This document shows, piece by piece, positions 9,259 through 19,707 of a stretch of 64,000 nucleotides of DNA (positions within the stretch are counted from its first letter, which is position 1; each line of letters starts with the position of its first letter). Location: NCBI GenBank assembly GCA_965218105.1, contig OZ244585.1, positions 2,960,597 through 3,024,596 on the forward strand, in the 5' to 3' direction. The stretch is from Pyrinomonadaceae bacterium (GTDB lineage Bacteria; Acidobacteriota; Blastocatellia; Pyrinomonadales; Pyrinomonadaceae). Under the pieces are notes generated by a model. That model saw only the letters and a program-made list of their open reading frames with translations. It was not told where the DNA came from and did no database searches. A program made the position numbers and the translations under genes.

Positions 9259-9804
9259 ATGGAAAACAAGAATTTGGAAACAGCAACTTTGGCAGGCGGA
9301 TGTTTTTGGTGTACGGAAGCGGTTTTTGACAATGTGCGCGGCGTTGAAGATGTCGTGTCGGGCTATTCCGGCGGACACACATCAAATCCAACGTATCAGC
9401 AAGTTTGTTCGGAAACGACCGGACACGCCGAAGCCGTGCAGATAAAATTTGATCCGAACGAAATTTCTTACGAGGAAGTTTTGCAGATATTTTTCGGCAC
9501 GCACGACCCGACGACGCTGAACCGACAGGGAAACGATGTCGGCTCGTCATACCGTTCGGCGGTTTTTTATCACTCGCCCGAACAAAAAGAAACCGCCGAA
9601 AAGGTCGTCAAAAATTTGACGGACGAAGACGTTTTCGGCAAACCGATTGTCACTGAAATCACGAAGTTCACAAACTTTTATCCGGCGGAAGATTATCATC
9701 AGAATTATTTTGAAAACAACCCGAACCAGCCGTATTGCGCGGCGGTCGTGTCGCCGAAAGTCGGTAAATTCAGACAGAAATTTGCGGACAGACTGAAAAA
9801 TTAA
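9259..9804 (+). CDS. msrA: Peptide-methionine (S)-S-oxide reductase
   Basis: GGCFWC active-site motif. 181 aa. Confidence 0.93.
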   Translation: MENKNLETATLAGGCFWCTEAVFDNVRGVEDVVSGYSGGHTSNPTYQQVCSETTGHAEAVQIKFDPNEISYEEVLQIFFGTHDPTTLNRQGNDVGSSYRSAVFYHSPEQKETAEKVVKNLTDEDVFGKPIVTEITKFTNFYPAEDYHQNYFENNPNQPYCAAVVSPKVGKFRQKFADRLKN

Positions 9805-9812
9805 AAAATAAA

Positions 9813-10937
9813 ATGTCAATGGTTTTAGATGAAGTAAAAACGGTAAATATCGAAGATTATCTGGCGATGTCGGACGCGGAACTCGACGAACGCATCGAAG
9901 CGGCGCGGGAAAAATTGGGTTCGCGCGTCGTCATTCTCGGTCATCATTATCAGCGCGATGACGTGATTAAACACGCCGATTTAACGGGCGATTCTTACCA
10001 ATTGTCGGTGATGGCTTCGCAGACCGACGCGGAATTTATCGTTTTCTGCGGCGTTCATTTTATGGCGGAATCGGCGAATATTCTGGGAAAACCGAATCAA
10101 AAGGTAATTTTGCCGGATTTGGGCGCGGGCTGTTCGATGGCTGATATGGCGAATATCGAACAGGTCGAAGACGCGTGGGAACAATTACAAGAAATCAGCG
10201 TGGTCAGCGAAACTTCAAAAGTCGCGCCGATGACTTATATGAATTCGACCGCCGCCATTAAAGCGTTTTGCGGGCGCAACGGCGGTGTCGTCTGCACTTC
10301 GTCGAACGCCGTTCCGCTGTTCGACAAATATTTGAAGGAATACGACAAAATGTTTTTCTTTCCCGACCAGCATCTCGGCAGAAATACGGGTTTGAAGTTC
10401 GGCATTCCGCTCGACAAAATGGCTCTGTGGAATCCGCACGAGGAACTCGGCGGCAGCACGGAAGAAGAATTGCGCGACGCGCGGCTGATTTTGTGGCGCG
10501 GACACTGTTCGGTTCACGGCAGATTCAAACCGTGGCACGTTGATCAAGTTCGCAAACAAACGCCGGAAATCAAAGTTCTCGTCCATCCCGAATGTATGTA
10601 TGAAGTCGTCGAAAAATCAGATTTAAATGGTTCGACTTCGTTCATTATCAAAACCATCGAAAACGCGCCGAGCGGTTCAAAATGGGCGGTCGGCACGGAA
10701 GTAAATTTGGTAAACCGTTTGCAGGAACGCTTTCCCGAACAGGAAATTCGCCTGCTCGCGCCGGATTTATGTATGTGCGCGACGATGTATCGCATCGCGC
10801 CGCAAAATCTCGCGTGGGCTTTGGAGAATTTAGTCGCCGGACGCGTCGTCAACGAAATCGTCGTTGACGAAGAAACAAAAAATCAGGCGTTAGTCGCGCT
10901 TGAACGAATGATCGAATTTACGGAAAAAGGTCAATAA
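9813..10937 (+). CDS. nadA: Quinolinate synthase
   Basis: 374 aa. VILGHHYQRDDV, FCGVHFMAES, VHPEC motifs. Confidence 0.92.
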   Translation: MSMVLDEVKTVNIEDYLAMSDAELDERIEAAREKLGSRVVILGHHYQRDDVIKHADLTGDSYQLSVMASQTDAEFIVFCGVHFMAESANILGKPNQKVILPDLGAGCSMADMANIEQVEDAWEQLQEISVVSETSKVAPMTYMNSTAAIKAFCGRNGGVVCTSSNAVPLFDKYLKEYDKMFFFPDQHLGRNTGLKFGIPLDKMALWNPHEELGGSTEEELRDARLILWRGHCSVHGRFKPWHVDQVRKQTPEIKVLVHPECMYEVVEKSDLNGSTSFIIKTIENAPSGSKWAVGTEVNLVNRLQERFPEQEIRLLAPDLCMCATMYRIAPQNLAWALENLVAGRVVNEIVVDEETKNQALVALERMIEFTEKGQ

Positions 10938-10940
10938 AAC

Positions 10941-11012
10941 AGCCGCGAACAAGTACGAAAATTCACGAAATTTAAGCACTTTTTTCGTGAAACTTCGTGT
11001 TTGTTCGTGGCT
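10941..11012. other. Long imperfect hairpin downstream of nadA
   Basis: The roughly 30-nt arms agccgcgaacaagtacgaaaattcacgaaa / tttcgtgaaacttcgtgtttgttcgtggct differ at only a few positions. Confidence 0.6.
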
Positions 11013-11021
11013 AAAAAATTA

Positions 11022-11255
11022 ATGGCGGAAATTCAAGATAAGTTGCCGGAAAATACGCGCGGAAGATTCTACGTTGATAGAATGTGTATTGACTGCGACG
11101 TATGCCGCGACACCGCGCCGGAAAATTTTACCCGCGAAGACGAAAACGGTTATTCGTATGTTTACAAACAGCCGGAAACGCCTGAAGAATATGAACTTTG
11201 TGAAGAATCTGTGATGGCGTGTCCGGTTGAAGCCATCGGCGATGACGGAAAATAA
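11022..11255 (+). CDS. Small ferredoxin with a single [4Fe-4S]/[3Fe-4S]-type cluster
   Basis: CIDCDVCRDTAP ... CPVEAI. Start moved to the ATG at 11022 because the track's upstream extension lies inside the hairpin. Confidence 0.8.
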   Translation: MAEIQDKLPENTRGRFYVDRMCIDCDVCRDTAPENFTREDENGYSYVYKQPETPEEYELCEESVMACPVEAIGDDGK

Positions 11256-11261
11256 AAAGTA

Positions 11262-11298
11262 AAAAAGCGGTGACTTCGATTAGAAATCACCGCTTTTT
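11262..11298. terminator. Bidirectional stem-loop terminator
   Basis: aaaaagcggtga ... tcaccgcttttt between convergent genes. Confidence 0.75.
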
Positions 11299-11322
11299 TA
11301 CAATTGAATCCAATCTGACGGA

Positions 11323-12669
11323 TTATTTTTCTTTTGCGCCAAAATCAAAAAATTTGAAATCTGAAATTTGGGGTCTGGAATCTAATCTCGGTTGATTCAG
11401 CGGCGGCGGAACGAAGCTGTCGGGCAGAAAACCGAGCGCGGTCGGGAAGTTCGCGGCAGTCGGTTTTGTTTGTGTTCTGACCCAATTGTCAATCGCCGTT
11501 ACGGATGCGACGAGTTGTTCGCCCGTAAAGTTGCAGTGTCCGTTGCCGTTCGTGTAAGTCTGATACAGAAAGTTGGTGCGTCCCGCTTTCGTTACGGTTT
11601 CGAGATATTCGCGTTCCTGCGTAACAGTGACGAGCGGATCGTAAAGCGTGTGCAGAGTCAAAACCGGGTCTTCAATCCGTCCGCTGTAATCGGCGTTTCG
11701 GCTCAGATAAAAGCGCGTATAAAATGGCGGAAAAATAGTCCGTTCGGCGTTGAGCGCAGCCAGCCAGCCTTCGATGGTCGCGGCGGGAACGCCCAATGTA
11801 ACGAGATAGGCTTTTTCCGTGTCGGTCAGCTCGTAAATGTGATCAATATTTCGTACGATTGGACCGCGGGCGCGGCGTTCGAGTTCGGCGCGGGCTTCGG
11901 TCGAGAAAAACATATCGGTAAAAACCCAGCCCGGATAAAAGTTCGGCGGCGCGGGCGGCGTAATGCCGCGTCCGGGCGTGCCGGTGACGAGACGAATAAA
12001 TTCAAATTTCGGAAAATTCGCCTGATTGCTGACTTCCGCGGTTAATTTCGGCTGAACTTCAGTTTCAAAATCCAAGTCGTCGCGCACATTTCCGGGCGTT
12101 CCCCAACTTGCCGGCATTCCGAAAAGTTTATCGTAAGCCAAAGCCAAATCGCCTGACGCGTCCCACGACCGGGTTGCGCCCGCGCCGACCGCGCAGCCCG
12201 CCAGCGCGCCGTCGTAGAGATTGGCATATTGTTCCATACTTTTGAAAGTAATCACGCTGCCCATTGAAAATCCCCACAAAATCGTGCGCTGCGGCGTGGC
12301 GACGTTTGATTTAAAAAACATCGCCAAATTTTTTATGTCATCTGTGCCTTCTTCGACCGCCCAACCGTTGTTGCGGTAAGCAGAACCGGCGAGCGCGTAG
12401 CCTTGGGCGAGCAAAACAGGTTCGAGAGCCGCGCTCGGCGCGATTTCAGCGGTGCGGTTGTCAACTTCGCCCGGATGATCGGCGCGATCACGATAGCCGT
12501 GTGTGTAAATGAACAAAGTGCCGTTCCAATTTGCCGGAACGCGAATGCGATACGGCGCGCCGAGCAAATCTCCCGACAAATCAACTTCCGCTGACGGCTG
12601 CGCGGCGTTGGCAAACTGCAACGAAAACACGAGTGAAAAAAACACGACGCAGACTACTTTCTTTAACAT
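11323..12669 (-). CDS. Secreted alpha/beta-hydrolase-fold protein
   Basis: Signal peptide and GFSMGS nucleophile elbow. 448 aa. Confidence 0.65.
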   Translation of the reverse strand: MLKKVVCVVFFSLVFSLQFANAAQPSAEVDLSGDLLGAPYRIRVPANWNGTLFIYTHGYRDRADHPGEVDNRTAEIAPSAALEPVLLAQGYALAGSAYRNNGWAVEEGTDDIKNLAMFFKSNVATPQRTILWGFSMGSVITFKSMEQYANLYDGALAGCAVGAGATRSWDASGDLALAYDKLFGMPASWGTPGNVRDDLDFETEVQPKLTAEVSNQANFPKFEFIRLVTGTPGRGITPPAPPNFYPGWVFTDMFFSTEARAELERRARGPIVRNIDHIYELTDTEKAYLVTLGVPAATIEGWLAALNAERTIFPPFYTRFYLSRNADYSGRIEDPVLTLHTLYDPLVTVTQEREYLETVTKAGRTNFLYQTYTNGNGHCNFTGEQLVASVTAIDNWVRTQTKPTAANFPTALGFLPDSFVPPPLNQPRLDSRPQISDFKFFDFGAKEK

Positions 12670-12978
12670 AGTTCAAACCTCCTAAAGTTCAAGTGATAAT
12701 TTTGATTTTCATTCGGAACGCCGTCCAACACTGGAAATTTTTCCGTTTGAGATATTATTGAAATCAAAAAAGTGTTTTTCGGCAAAATTGGGAACTAAAT
12801 TTTCTTGCGAATGAAAAGATATTTCATCTTCTCGCTTTGCGGCTTTAAAGTCAACGCGATTTATCGCCCGAATAAAATGAATTCGCCGCCGACAAAAATC
12901 GCCGGTTTCGGTTAAAATGCTTTTTGTTGGTAAACTGAACAATTAAAATAAGATTGACCGCTGAAAATTTATCTGTTT

Positions 12979-13650
12979 ATGATCAAAGCATTTATTTTCG
13001 ACGTTGACGGAACGTTGATTGATTCCAATGATTTTCACGCCGAAACGTGGCAGAAAGCACTCGAAAAATACGGATTTGAAGTGCCGCTCGATAAAATTCG
13101 TGTGCAAATCGGCAAAGGCGCGGATAATTTTTTGCCGGAATTTTTAACCGAAAAAGAAATCGAAGAATTCGGCGACAAAATAGCCGACGCGCGCGGCGAC
13201 ATTTTCAAAAAAGAATATATGCCGCGCGTCAAACCGTTTCCGAAAGTGCGCGAACTTTTCGAGAAAATAAAAGCCGACGGCAAAAAAATCGCGCTCGCCT
13301 CTTCGTCAAAAGAAGATGAAGTCGAAGAATATAAAAAGATCGCAAATATCGAAGATTTGGTCGAAAAATCAACTTCGACGGACGACGCGGACAATTCAAA
13401 ACCCGATCCCGACATTTTTCAATCCGCGCTGAAACTTTTGGGAAATCCCGATTTAGAAAATGTTTTGGTCGTCGGCGACACGCCTTACGATGCGGAAGCG
13501 GCGACGAAAGCGAAACTCAAAATCGTCGGCGTTTTGTGCGGCGGTTTCCCCGAAAAAGAGCTGCGCGAAAAAGGCTGTCTCGCCATTTACCGGAATCCGG
13601 CGGATTTATTGGAAAATTATGAACAATTGGTAATGATAACCGAGAAATAA
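12979..13650 (+). CDS. HAD-IA family hydrolase
   Basis: FDVDGTLIDS motif I, SSS motif II region, VGDTPYD motif IV. Confidence 0.85.
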   Translation: MIKAFIFDVDGTLIDSNDFHAETWQKALEKYGFEVPLDKIRVQIGKGADNFLPEFLTEKEIEEFGDKIADARGDIFKKEYMPRVKPFPKVRELFEKIKADGKKIALASSSKEDEVEEYKKIANIEDLVEKSTSTDDADNSKPDPDIFQSALKLLGNPDLENVLVVGDTPYDAEAATKAKLKIVGVLCGGFPEKELREKGCLAIYRNPADLLENYEQLVMITEK

Positions 13651-13683
13651 AGCGTTCAAATTAACTTTTAACGTGCCGCAGCT

Positions 13684-13869
13684 TCAGAGTTTGTTCGCTT
13701 CAATCAAAACGGCTTTTCCGTCTTTCCAAGCCGCCACCGGATTTCCGCCGCGCTTGTGCATTTCAACAGCTTCGCGCACGGCGATTTGTAAAATTTCGGT
13801 GATTTGGTCTTCGTCCGACAGTATTTTTTTTATTTTGTCCTTTTTGTTTCTCTTGATTTTCTTATCCAT
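13684..13869 (-). CDS. Small putative antitoxin partner of the zeta-like kinase
   Basis: 61-aa ORF overlapping the upstream toxin-like gene by 8 nt. No recognised motif. Confidence 0.4.
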   Translation of the reverse strand: MDKKIKRNKKDKIKKILSDEDQITEILQIAVREAVEMHKRGGNPVAAWKDGKAVLIEANKL

Positions 13870-14437
13870 ATTTTTCCTGCAAATTCTGCCAAAGTTTTTC
13901 GTTGAAAACTTTTTCTACTTTGCGCGATTTTCCTTTTGCGATCAAACTTAAATCGTAAATATCAGAGTTGTCGTAAAAATACCAACTGTCAGCAATCGGT
14001 TGATAAAGCCGAAAGAAATTCTGCAAACCTTTTTCGTAACGTCTCTCAATTACTTCAATAGGAATATTGTGTCCGCCGCGCCGCACCCTTTCAGCAACCC
14101 GCAAAACTGCTAGTTCCGAACTTACCAGCCACAAGAAAAATAATGAAAATTCATAACCGTTTTCACGCATTTCTTGCAGGCGCGGAACAAAACTTCTGGT
14201 TGAAAGCGTCGTTTCAAAAGCAAAATCTTTTTTGCTCTCAGCTAATTCGTTCAAACGCAAGAGCATAATTTTGCCCGCCGAAATAGCTGCGGTTTCGGGC
14301 GAAAAGGCGGATAAACCCTGCGCCAGAGTATCGGCGTTAACGAATTCGGACACGCCGAGTTTATCGCGCAAAAGAAACGGCGCGACAGTTGATTTTCCCG
14401 CGCCGTCGGCTCCGGCAATAATAATTATATGAGGCAT
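13862..14437 (-). CDS. Zeta-toxin/COG4185-like P-loop kinase
   Basis: IIIIAGADGAGKST Walker A at the N-terminus. 191 aa. Confidence 0.72.
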   Translation of the reverse strand: MPHIIIIAGADGAGKSTVAPFLLRDKLGVSEFVNADTLAQGLSAFSPETAAISAGKIMLLRLNELAESKKDFAFETTLSTRSFVPRLQEMRENGYEFSLFFLWLVSSELAVLRVAERVRRGGHNIPIEVIERRYEKGLQNFFRLYQPIADSWYFYDNSDIYDLSLIAKGKSRKVEKVFNEKLWQNLQEKYG

Positions 14438-14438
14438 A

Positions 14439-14786
14439 TCAAACCAAAATTTTTATCAAATCATCTTCAACAATAACTTCATAAGATTCAACCGAGCAGC
14501 CGGCTTTCTTAAAACAATCGCCGTTTCGGACATCGAAACGCCAGCCGTGCAGGTCGCATTCGACTTCGTGACCGGAAAGTTTTGAATCAGCGAGCGGATA
14601 ACCTTTGTGCGGGCAGAAATTCTCTATCGCGTAAAATTTGCCGCCGACGTTAAACAGTGCGATTTCGCCGCCGTTTTTTAATTTGACGGTCGCGCCGCGT
14701 CCTTCCGGCACGTCGCCGACTTTGCCGACGGTCGTTAATTTCCCTTTGCGTTTCGGTTTGTGTTTGTTTTCGTAAAGTTTTCCCAT
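14439..14786 (-). CDS. Rieske [2Fe-2S] protein, NirD-like
   Basis: CPHKG ... CDLHGW cluster ligands. 115 aa. Confidence 0.8.
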   Translation of the reverse strand: MGKLYENKHKPKRKGKLTTVGKVGDVPEGRGATVKLKNGGEIALFNVGGKFYAIENFCPHKGYPLADSKLSGHEVECDLHGWRFDVRNGDCFKKAGCSVESYEVIVEDDLIKILV

Positions 14787-14912
14787 ACTTAATTTGGATT
14801 TTAGATTTTAGATTTTGGATGTGCAAATCACGAGTCGAAATTTTCCCGCTTGCATTATTTGTCCCGGTCAAACAAAATTATAATAATTAGAAAAATAAAG
14901 AGGTCGTTAAAA

Positions 14913-15377
14913 ATGAGTGAAAATAAAATTTCGGAAAACGCGCGCCGCCGCTGCCGCGAGATTATGACGGGCGATGTCAAAACGGCGAACCGCGAAATGA
15001 GTTTGCAGGAAATTGCCGTTTTAATGCGCGAAGGCGATATGGGCGCGATGCCGGTCGTCGAAGGGGAAAAACTCGTCGGCATCGTTACCGACCGCGATAT
15101 TGTCGTTCGCGCGATTGCCGAAGGGAAAAATGCCGACACGAAAATCGGCGATGTGATGACGACGGAAATTTTCTCGGTCAAACCGGACGATTTCGTTTTT
15201 GAAGCCGTGCGTTTGATGGGCGACAAACAGGTGCGCCGCATTCCTGTTACAACTGAAACGGGCGAACTCGCCGGAATTATCGCAATGGCGGACATCGCGC
15301 TCGAAATGGAAGACGAACGCGAAATCGCCGAAACTCTGGAAGATATTTCAAGCGGAAAAGCATTTTGGAATAAATAA
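14913..15377 (+). CDS. CBS domain pair protein
   Basis: Tandem CBS signatures (MPVVEGEKLVGIVTDRDI, IPVTTETGELAGIIAMADI). Start placed at the ATG at 14913, which has an upstream aagagg. Confidence 0.85.
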   Translation: MSENKISENARRRCREIMTGDVKTANREMSLQEIAVLMREGDMGAMPVVEGEKLVGIVTDRDIVVRAIAEGKNADTKIGDVMTTEIFSVKPDDFVFEAVRLMGDKQVRRIPVTTETGELAGIIAMADIALEMEDEREIAETLEDISSGKAFWNK

Positions 15378-15565
15378 TTGCGAGAAAGAAACAGATGACA
15401 GAAGATCAAGCAAATGACATGCTCGAATTGATGAATATGTTTACTGAGGAAATTGACAGACTAGCACTTAAACTTGATAAATTTAACCAAAAACATGAAA
15501 AGGACTGGACTGTCGAAAAATGATTTTTTTGAGCAAAAAAATGCGATGTAAATTGTAAACAAAAT

Positions 15566-15997
15566 ATGAAGATTCAAATCAGTAAAATTTTATTGTGCCT
15601 GTTTATAATTTTCTCGTGCTTTGTCATTAAAGCACAGGAAAAAACTGATTTGCCAATTCCTCCATTGGTAGATGATGAATGGGAATGTGGTTTAACTGCT
15701 ACTCCGCTTGTAGAAATTTATGTTTCAGTTTTGAGCAGTAAAAAGGGTAATTTGAAAAACCTAACTTACAAAGATTTTGAAGTTTATGACGAAAAAGAGA
15801 TTCGGGAAATTGAGTTCTTTAAGTATGACGAACTGAAAAATCAGTACAAGATTGGTTTTTTTCAAGATGAGAATATCTCGGAGAACAGTTGGCGCAACGT
15901 GAAAATTAAACTCAAATTATCAAAAGAGAAAACGAAGGATTTCGGTAAAATTTCAATTAAAGCGCAAAAAGGATATTTTCAAAAATCCAAAATCTAA
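15566..15997 (+). CDS. Hypothetical secreted protein
   Basis: N-terminal signal peptide. 143 aa. No recognised motif. Confidence 0.5.
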   Translation: MKIQISKILLCLFIIFSCFVIKAQEKTDLPIPPLVDDEWECGLTATPLVEIYVSVLSSKKGNLKNLTYKDFEVYDEKEIREIEFFKYDELKNQYKIGFFQDENISENSWRNVKIKLKLSKEKTKDFGKISIKAQKGYFQKSKI

Positions 15998-16013
15998 AAT
16001 CCAAAATCGAATT

Positions 16014-16379
16014 ATGGCAAAATCAATCAATCGTTACTTTCATTTTCTGGCTTCGTCGAAAGCCACCAAGCCTTCGAGCCGACTTTGGTATCCGTCGGCG
16101 GATATTTATCAAACGCCGGACGGCTGGCTCGTTAAAGTCGAATTGGCGGGCGTTTCGGCGGAAGAAATCGAAATTGATATTCAGGGAAACGTGCTTTATA
16201 TCGCCGGTTGTCGAAGAGACAAATCGTGCGCGGCGGGCGTTTCGTTTCATCAGATGGAAATTACTTACAGCCGTTTTGAGAAAACTTTACAGTTTCCCGC
16301 ATCAATCGAAGGCGCGAGCATCGAACATAACTTTGACAATGGTTTGCTGATTATTCGTCTTTGGAAAGGAGAAAAATAA
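16014..16379 (+). CDS. Hsp20/alpha-crystallin small heat-shock protein
   Basis: P.DIYQTPDGWLVKVELAGV...GLLIIRL pattern. Confidence 0.88.
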   Translation: MAKSINRYFHFLASSKATKPSSRLWYPSADIYQTPDGWLVKVELAGVSAEEIEIDIQGNVLYIAGCRRDKSCAAGVSFHQMEITYSRFEKTLQFPASIEGASIEHNFDNGLLIIRLWKGEK

Positions 16380-16380
16380 T

Positions 16381-17109
16381 ATGCCCGAAGTTTTAGAGCA
16401 AAATCAAACGCGAAATTTTCCGCCGCAAAATGCTGAAAATTACACTTCGACAATTTATGACGGCGTTTATTATCCCGAAGAACGCGAGGACGATATGGGC
16501 GAAACATCAACTCACGCAAAACTCATCAACAAACTTTTGGCGATGCTTTTGCATTATTTTGACGGGCGCGATGATGTTTTCGCAACCACAAATATGAATC
16601 TCTACTTTGAACCGGGAAATCCGCGCCGCTGGTATGCGCCGGATTTACTGGTCGCGTTCGGCGTTCCGAATGTTGAGCGTTCGAGTTATCTGCTGTGGCG
16701 CGAAAAGATTTTTCCGCAGGTAATAATCGAAATAGCGTCGGAAAAAACGTGGAGAAATGACATTGATGAAAAACTCCGAATGTATGAAGAATTCGGCGCG
16801 GAAGAATACTACGTTCTTGATTCCGAATTTGCATATTTGCCCGCGCCGATGATGGTTTTTCGGCGGCAAGGCGCAAATCTCGTGGAAATAAATGTAACTG
16901 ACGACAAAATTTTCTCGCCGCGTTTGGGTTTGGAAATCTTGCGGACGGAAAATACTTTTCGCTTTTTTGATCCGCAGACGAATAAATTTCTTCTAACTCT
17001 GGAAGAATCTGAGGAACAGAAAAGCGAATATAAACTGAGAGCGGAATTTGCCGAAAATGAAATTGAAAGATTAGATGCGGAACTTGAAAGATTAAAATCA
17101 CAAAAATAA
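16381..17109 (+). CDS. Uma2 (DUF820) family endonuclease with a C-terminal coiled coil
   Basis: YAPDLLVAFG ... QVIIEIASEKT core. Lies between hsp20 and lon with gaps of 1 nt and 5 nt. Confidence 0.8.
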   Translation: MPEVLEQNQTRNFPPQNAENYTSTIYDGVYYPEEREDDMGETSTHAKLINKLLAMLLHYFDGRDDVFATTNMNLYFEPGNPRRWYAPDLLVAFGVPNVERSSYLLWREKIFPQVIIEIASEKTWRNDIDEKLRMYEEFGAEEYYVLDSEFAYLPAPMMVFRRQGANLVEINVTDDKIFSPRLGLEILRTENTFRFFDPQTNKFLLTLEESEEQKSEYKLRAEFAENEIERLDAELERLKSQK

Positions 17110-17114
17110 ATTAT

Positions 17115-19580
17115 ATGGCTGAAGAAAATACACAAAATCAAACGGAAAACAATTCACAGACAAGTTCGCCGGAACAATTTGAGATTGCGATTTTGCCGTT
17201 GCAAAATACGACGCTTTTTCCTGAAACGGTCGTGCCGCTGGCGGTCGGGCGCGCGCGTTCGGTGAAAGCGGTGGAGTTCGCGCTGGCGACCGAAGAAAAA
17301 CTTCTCTGCTGCGTGACGACCAAAACCGAAGGCGTAACCGGCGACGACGCGAAAACGTCCGATCTTTACGAAATCGGCACCATCGTCAACATCAAAAGAA
17401 TGATGAAAGCCGAAGACGTGATGCAGTTGATCGTGCAGGGCGTTGACCGCGTGAAAATTCTTAATTGGTCGCAGGAACAGCCGTTTTTGAAGGCGAAAGT
17501 CGAAGTTCTGCCTGATTTGACGATTGTTGATAATGAAGAAGTCGAAGCGTTAAAACGCAACATTCAAAGTTTGGTACAGCAGGCGTTGGCGATGCTGCCG
17601 AATGTGCCGCCGGAAATCAGAATGGCGGTTATTTCGCAGAATAATCCGGTGCAACTTTCTTATTTTCTCGCGTCGGTGCTTGATTTGGGCGTTGAAACCG
17701 AACAGAAAATGCTCGAAGCGAAAACGGTTGACGAACTGCTGAATTTGTCGCACGCCGCGCTCGCCCGCGAAGTTGACATTATGCAGATTCGCTCGAAAAT
17801 TGCCACCGAAGCGCAGACCGAAATGGACAAAGCGCAGCGCGATTACGTTTTGCGCCAGCAGTTAAAAGCGATTCAAAAAGAACTCGGCGATGACGAAGGC
17901 GGCGAAAAAGCCGAAGCTACGCAGCTTCGTGAAAGACTCGAAACCGCCGATTTGCCGGACGACGTGCGAAAGGAAGCCGAACGCGAACTCAAGCGAATGG
18001 AACAGCTTCCCCAAGCCGCGCCCGATTATCACGTCATTCGCACGTATCTCGAATACGTTCTCGAACTTCCGTGGAAAAAGGCAAGCGAAGAAAAACTTGA
18101 CTTGAACGAAGCGCAAAAAATCCTCGACGAAGATCATTACGGTCTGGAAGATGTCAAAAAACGCATTTTGGAATCGCTCGCGGTCGTCAAACTGCGTCCC
18201 GATTCAAAAAGTCCGATTATGCTTTTTGTCGGACCTCCGGGCGTTGGTAAAACTTCGCTCGGACGCTCGATTGCGCGGGCTTTGGGACGCGAATTCGAGC
18301 GAATGAGTTTGGGCGGAATGCGCGACGAAGCCGAACTGCGCGGACACCGGCGCACGTATATCGGCGCGATGCCGGGACGAATAATTCAATCGCTGCGCCG
18401 CGCCGGAGTCAATAATCCGGTGATGATGCTCGACGAAATTGACAAACTCGGCAACGATTATCGCGGCGATCCGTCGTCCGCGCTTTTGGAAATTTTAGAC
18501 CCGCAGCAAAATGATACGTTCCGCGATCATTATTTAGATTTGCCGTTCGATTTGTCGAAAGTCTTTTTTATTGCGACGGCAAACCAACTCGGACCGATTC
18601 CCGCGCCGCTGCGCGACAGAATGGAAATTATCAATATCGCCGGTTACAGCGATCAGGAAAAACTGCACATCGCCAAGCAGTATCTCGTGCCGCGCCAGAT
18701 TAAGGAAAACGGTTTGCAGCCCGATCAAGTTGAAATTACCGACGACGCGATAAATCTTTTGACGGCGCGTTACACACGCGAAGCCGGCGTTCGCCAATTG
18801 GAAAGAACCATCGGAAATCTGGCGCGAAAAGTCGCTCTGAACGTCGCGCAGGGCAAAACCGATAAAGTCAAAATTACTGAAAATGAAGTGAAAGATTATC
18901 TCGGCGCGCCGAGATTTTATCCTGAAAAGGCGCGTGACGAACTTCCGGCGGGCGTGGCGACGGGAATGGCTTGGACGGAAATGGGCGGCGAAGTTTTGTT
19001 TATCGAAGCGACGATGCTGCCGGGTGGTTCGGGTTTGACTTTGACCGGACAACTCGGCGAAGTGATGAAGGAATCGGCGATGGCAGCGCGGTCTTATCTG
19101 TGGTCGCACGCGATTGAATTAGGAATCAATCCCGAAGAAATCAAATCGAACGGCGTTCACGTACACGTTCCCGCCGGGGCGATTCCAAAAGACGGTCCGA
19201 GCGCGGGCGTGACGATGGCATCGGCTCTCGCGTCACTTTACACGGGCAGAAAAGTTCGTTCCGATACTTCAATGACGGGGGAAATTACGCTTTCGGGTTT
19301 AGTTTTTCCGGTCGGCGGAGTCAAGGAAAAAGTTCTGGCGGCGCACCGCGCGGGAATTCGGCGAATAATTATGCCGCACCAGAACGAATCGGTAATTGAG
19401 GAAATTCCCGAAGATGTGCGCGGCGAACTCGAATTTGTTCTGGCGCACAGAATTGATGATGTTTTGGAAGCCGCGCTTGAAAAAGAGCAAAGCGTCCCGA
19501 AAGGCGAAAATTACGTCATTCAGGATGTTGAAACGCATTCCGACGGCAGAAATGAGCGTTTGATTGCCAAAGAAAAATAG
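17115..19580 (+). CDS. lon: ATP-dependent Lon protease
   Basis: 821 aa. GPPGVGKTS Walker A and PKDGPSAGV catalytic serine motif. Confidence 0.95.
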   Translation: MAEENTQNQTENNSQTSSPEQFEIAILPLQNTTLFPETVVPLAVGRARSVKAVEFALATEEKLLCCVTTKTEGVTGDDAKTSDLYEIGTIVNIKRMMKAEDVMQLIVQGVDRVKILNWSQEQPFLKAKVEVLPDLTIVDNEEVEALKRNIQSLVQQALAMLPNVPPEIRMAVISQNNPVQLSYFLASVLDLGVETEQKMLEAKTVDELLNLSHAALAREVDIMQIRSKIATEAQTEMDKAQRDYVLRQQLKAIQKELGDDEGGEKAEATQLRERLETADLPDDVRKEAERELKRMEQLPQAAPDYHVIRTYLEYVLELPWKKASEEKLDLNEAQKILDEDHYGLEDVKKRILESLAVVKLRPDSKSPIMLFVGPPGVGKTSLGRSIARALGREFERMSLGGMRDEAELRGHRRTYIGAMPGRIIQSLRRAGVNNPVMMLDEIDKLGNDYRGDPSSALLEILDPQQNDTFRDHYLDLPFDLSKVFFIATANQLGPIPAPLRDRMEIINIAGYSDQEKLHIAKQYLVPRQIKENGLQPDQVEITDDAINLLTARYTREAGVRQLERTIGNLARKVALNVAQGKTDKVKITENEVKDYLGAPRFYPEKARDELPAGVATGMAWTEMGGEVLFIEATMLPGGSGLTLTGQLGEVMKESAMAARSYLWSHAIELGINPEEIKSNGVHVHVPAGAIPKDGPSAGVTMASALASLYTGRKVRSDTSMTGEITLSGLVFPVGGVKEKVLAAHRAGIRRIIMPHQNESVIEEIPEDVRGELEFVLAHRIDDVLEAALEKEQSVPKGENYVIQDVETHSDGRNERLIAKEK

Positions 19581-19590
19581 TTTTTGTTAA

Positions 19591-19699
19591 AGTCAGAACC
19601 GTCTGCGGTAGCGGGCGGTTGAAGATTGGCTTTTAAGATTGCTGATAAACGCTCGAAACGCCTGCGTTAAACCGTCCGCTACCGCAGACGGTTCTGACT
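19591..19699. repeat. MITE/REP-like palindromic element, family 1, copy 2
   Basis: agtcagaaccgtctgcggtagcgggcggtt ... aaccgtccgctaccgcagacggttctgact. The interior resembles the reverse complement of the copy 1 interior. Confidence 0.8.
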
Positions 19700-19707
19700 G
19701 AAAAACT

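Noticed and set aside
11392-12045. 217-aa plus-strand ORF
   Set aside because: It is antisense to the alpha/beta-hydrolase gene.
12709-12942. 77-aa minus-strand ORF in the hydrolase/HAD intergenic region
   Set aside because: It has no ribosome-binding site and no motif. The region more likely holds divergent promoters.
14855-15409. 184-aa minus-strand ORF
   Set aside because: It is a Ser-rich antisense shadow of the CBS-domain gene.
15395-15523. 42-aa plus-strand ORF (MTEDQANDMLELMNMF...) that I translated myself
   Set aside because: It is too short and lacks support from a motif or a clear RBS. Noted only as a possibility.
16526-17101. 191-aa minus-strand ORF, plus 16809-17141
   Set aside because: They are antisense to the second Uma2 gene.
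18534-19109. 191-aa minus-strand ORF
   Set aside because: It is antisense to lon.
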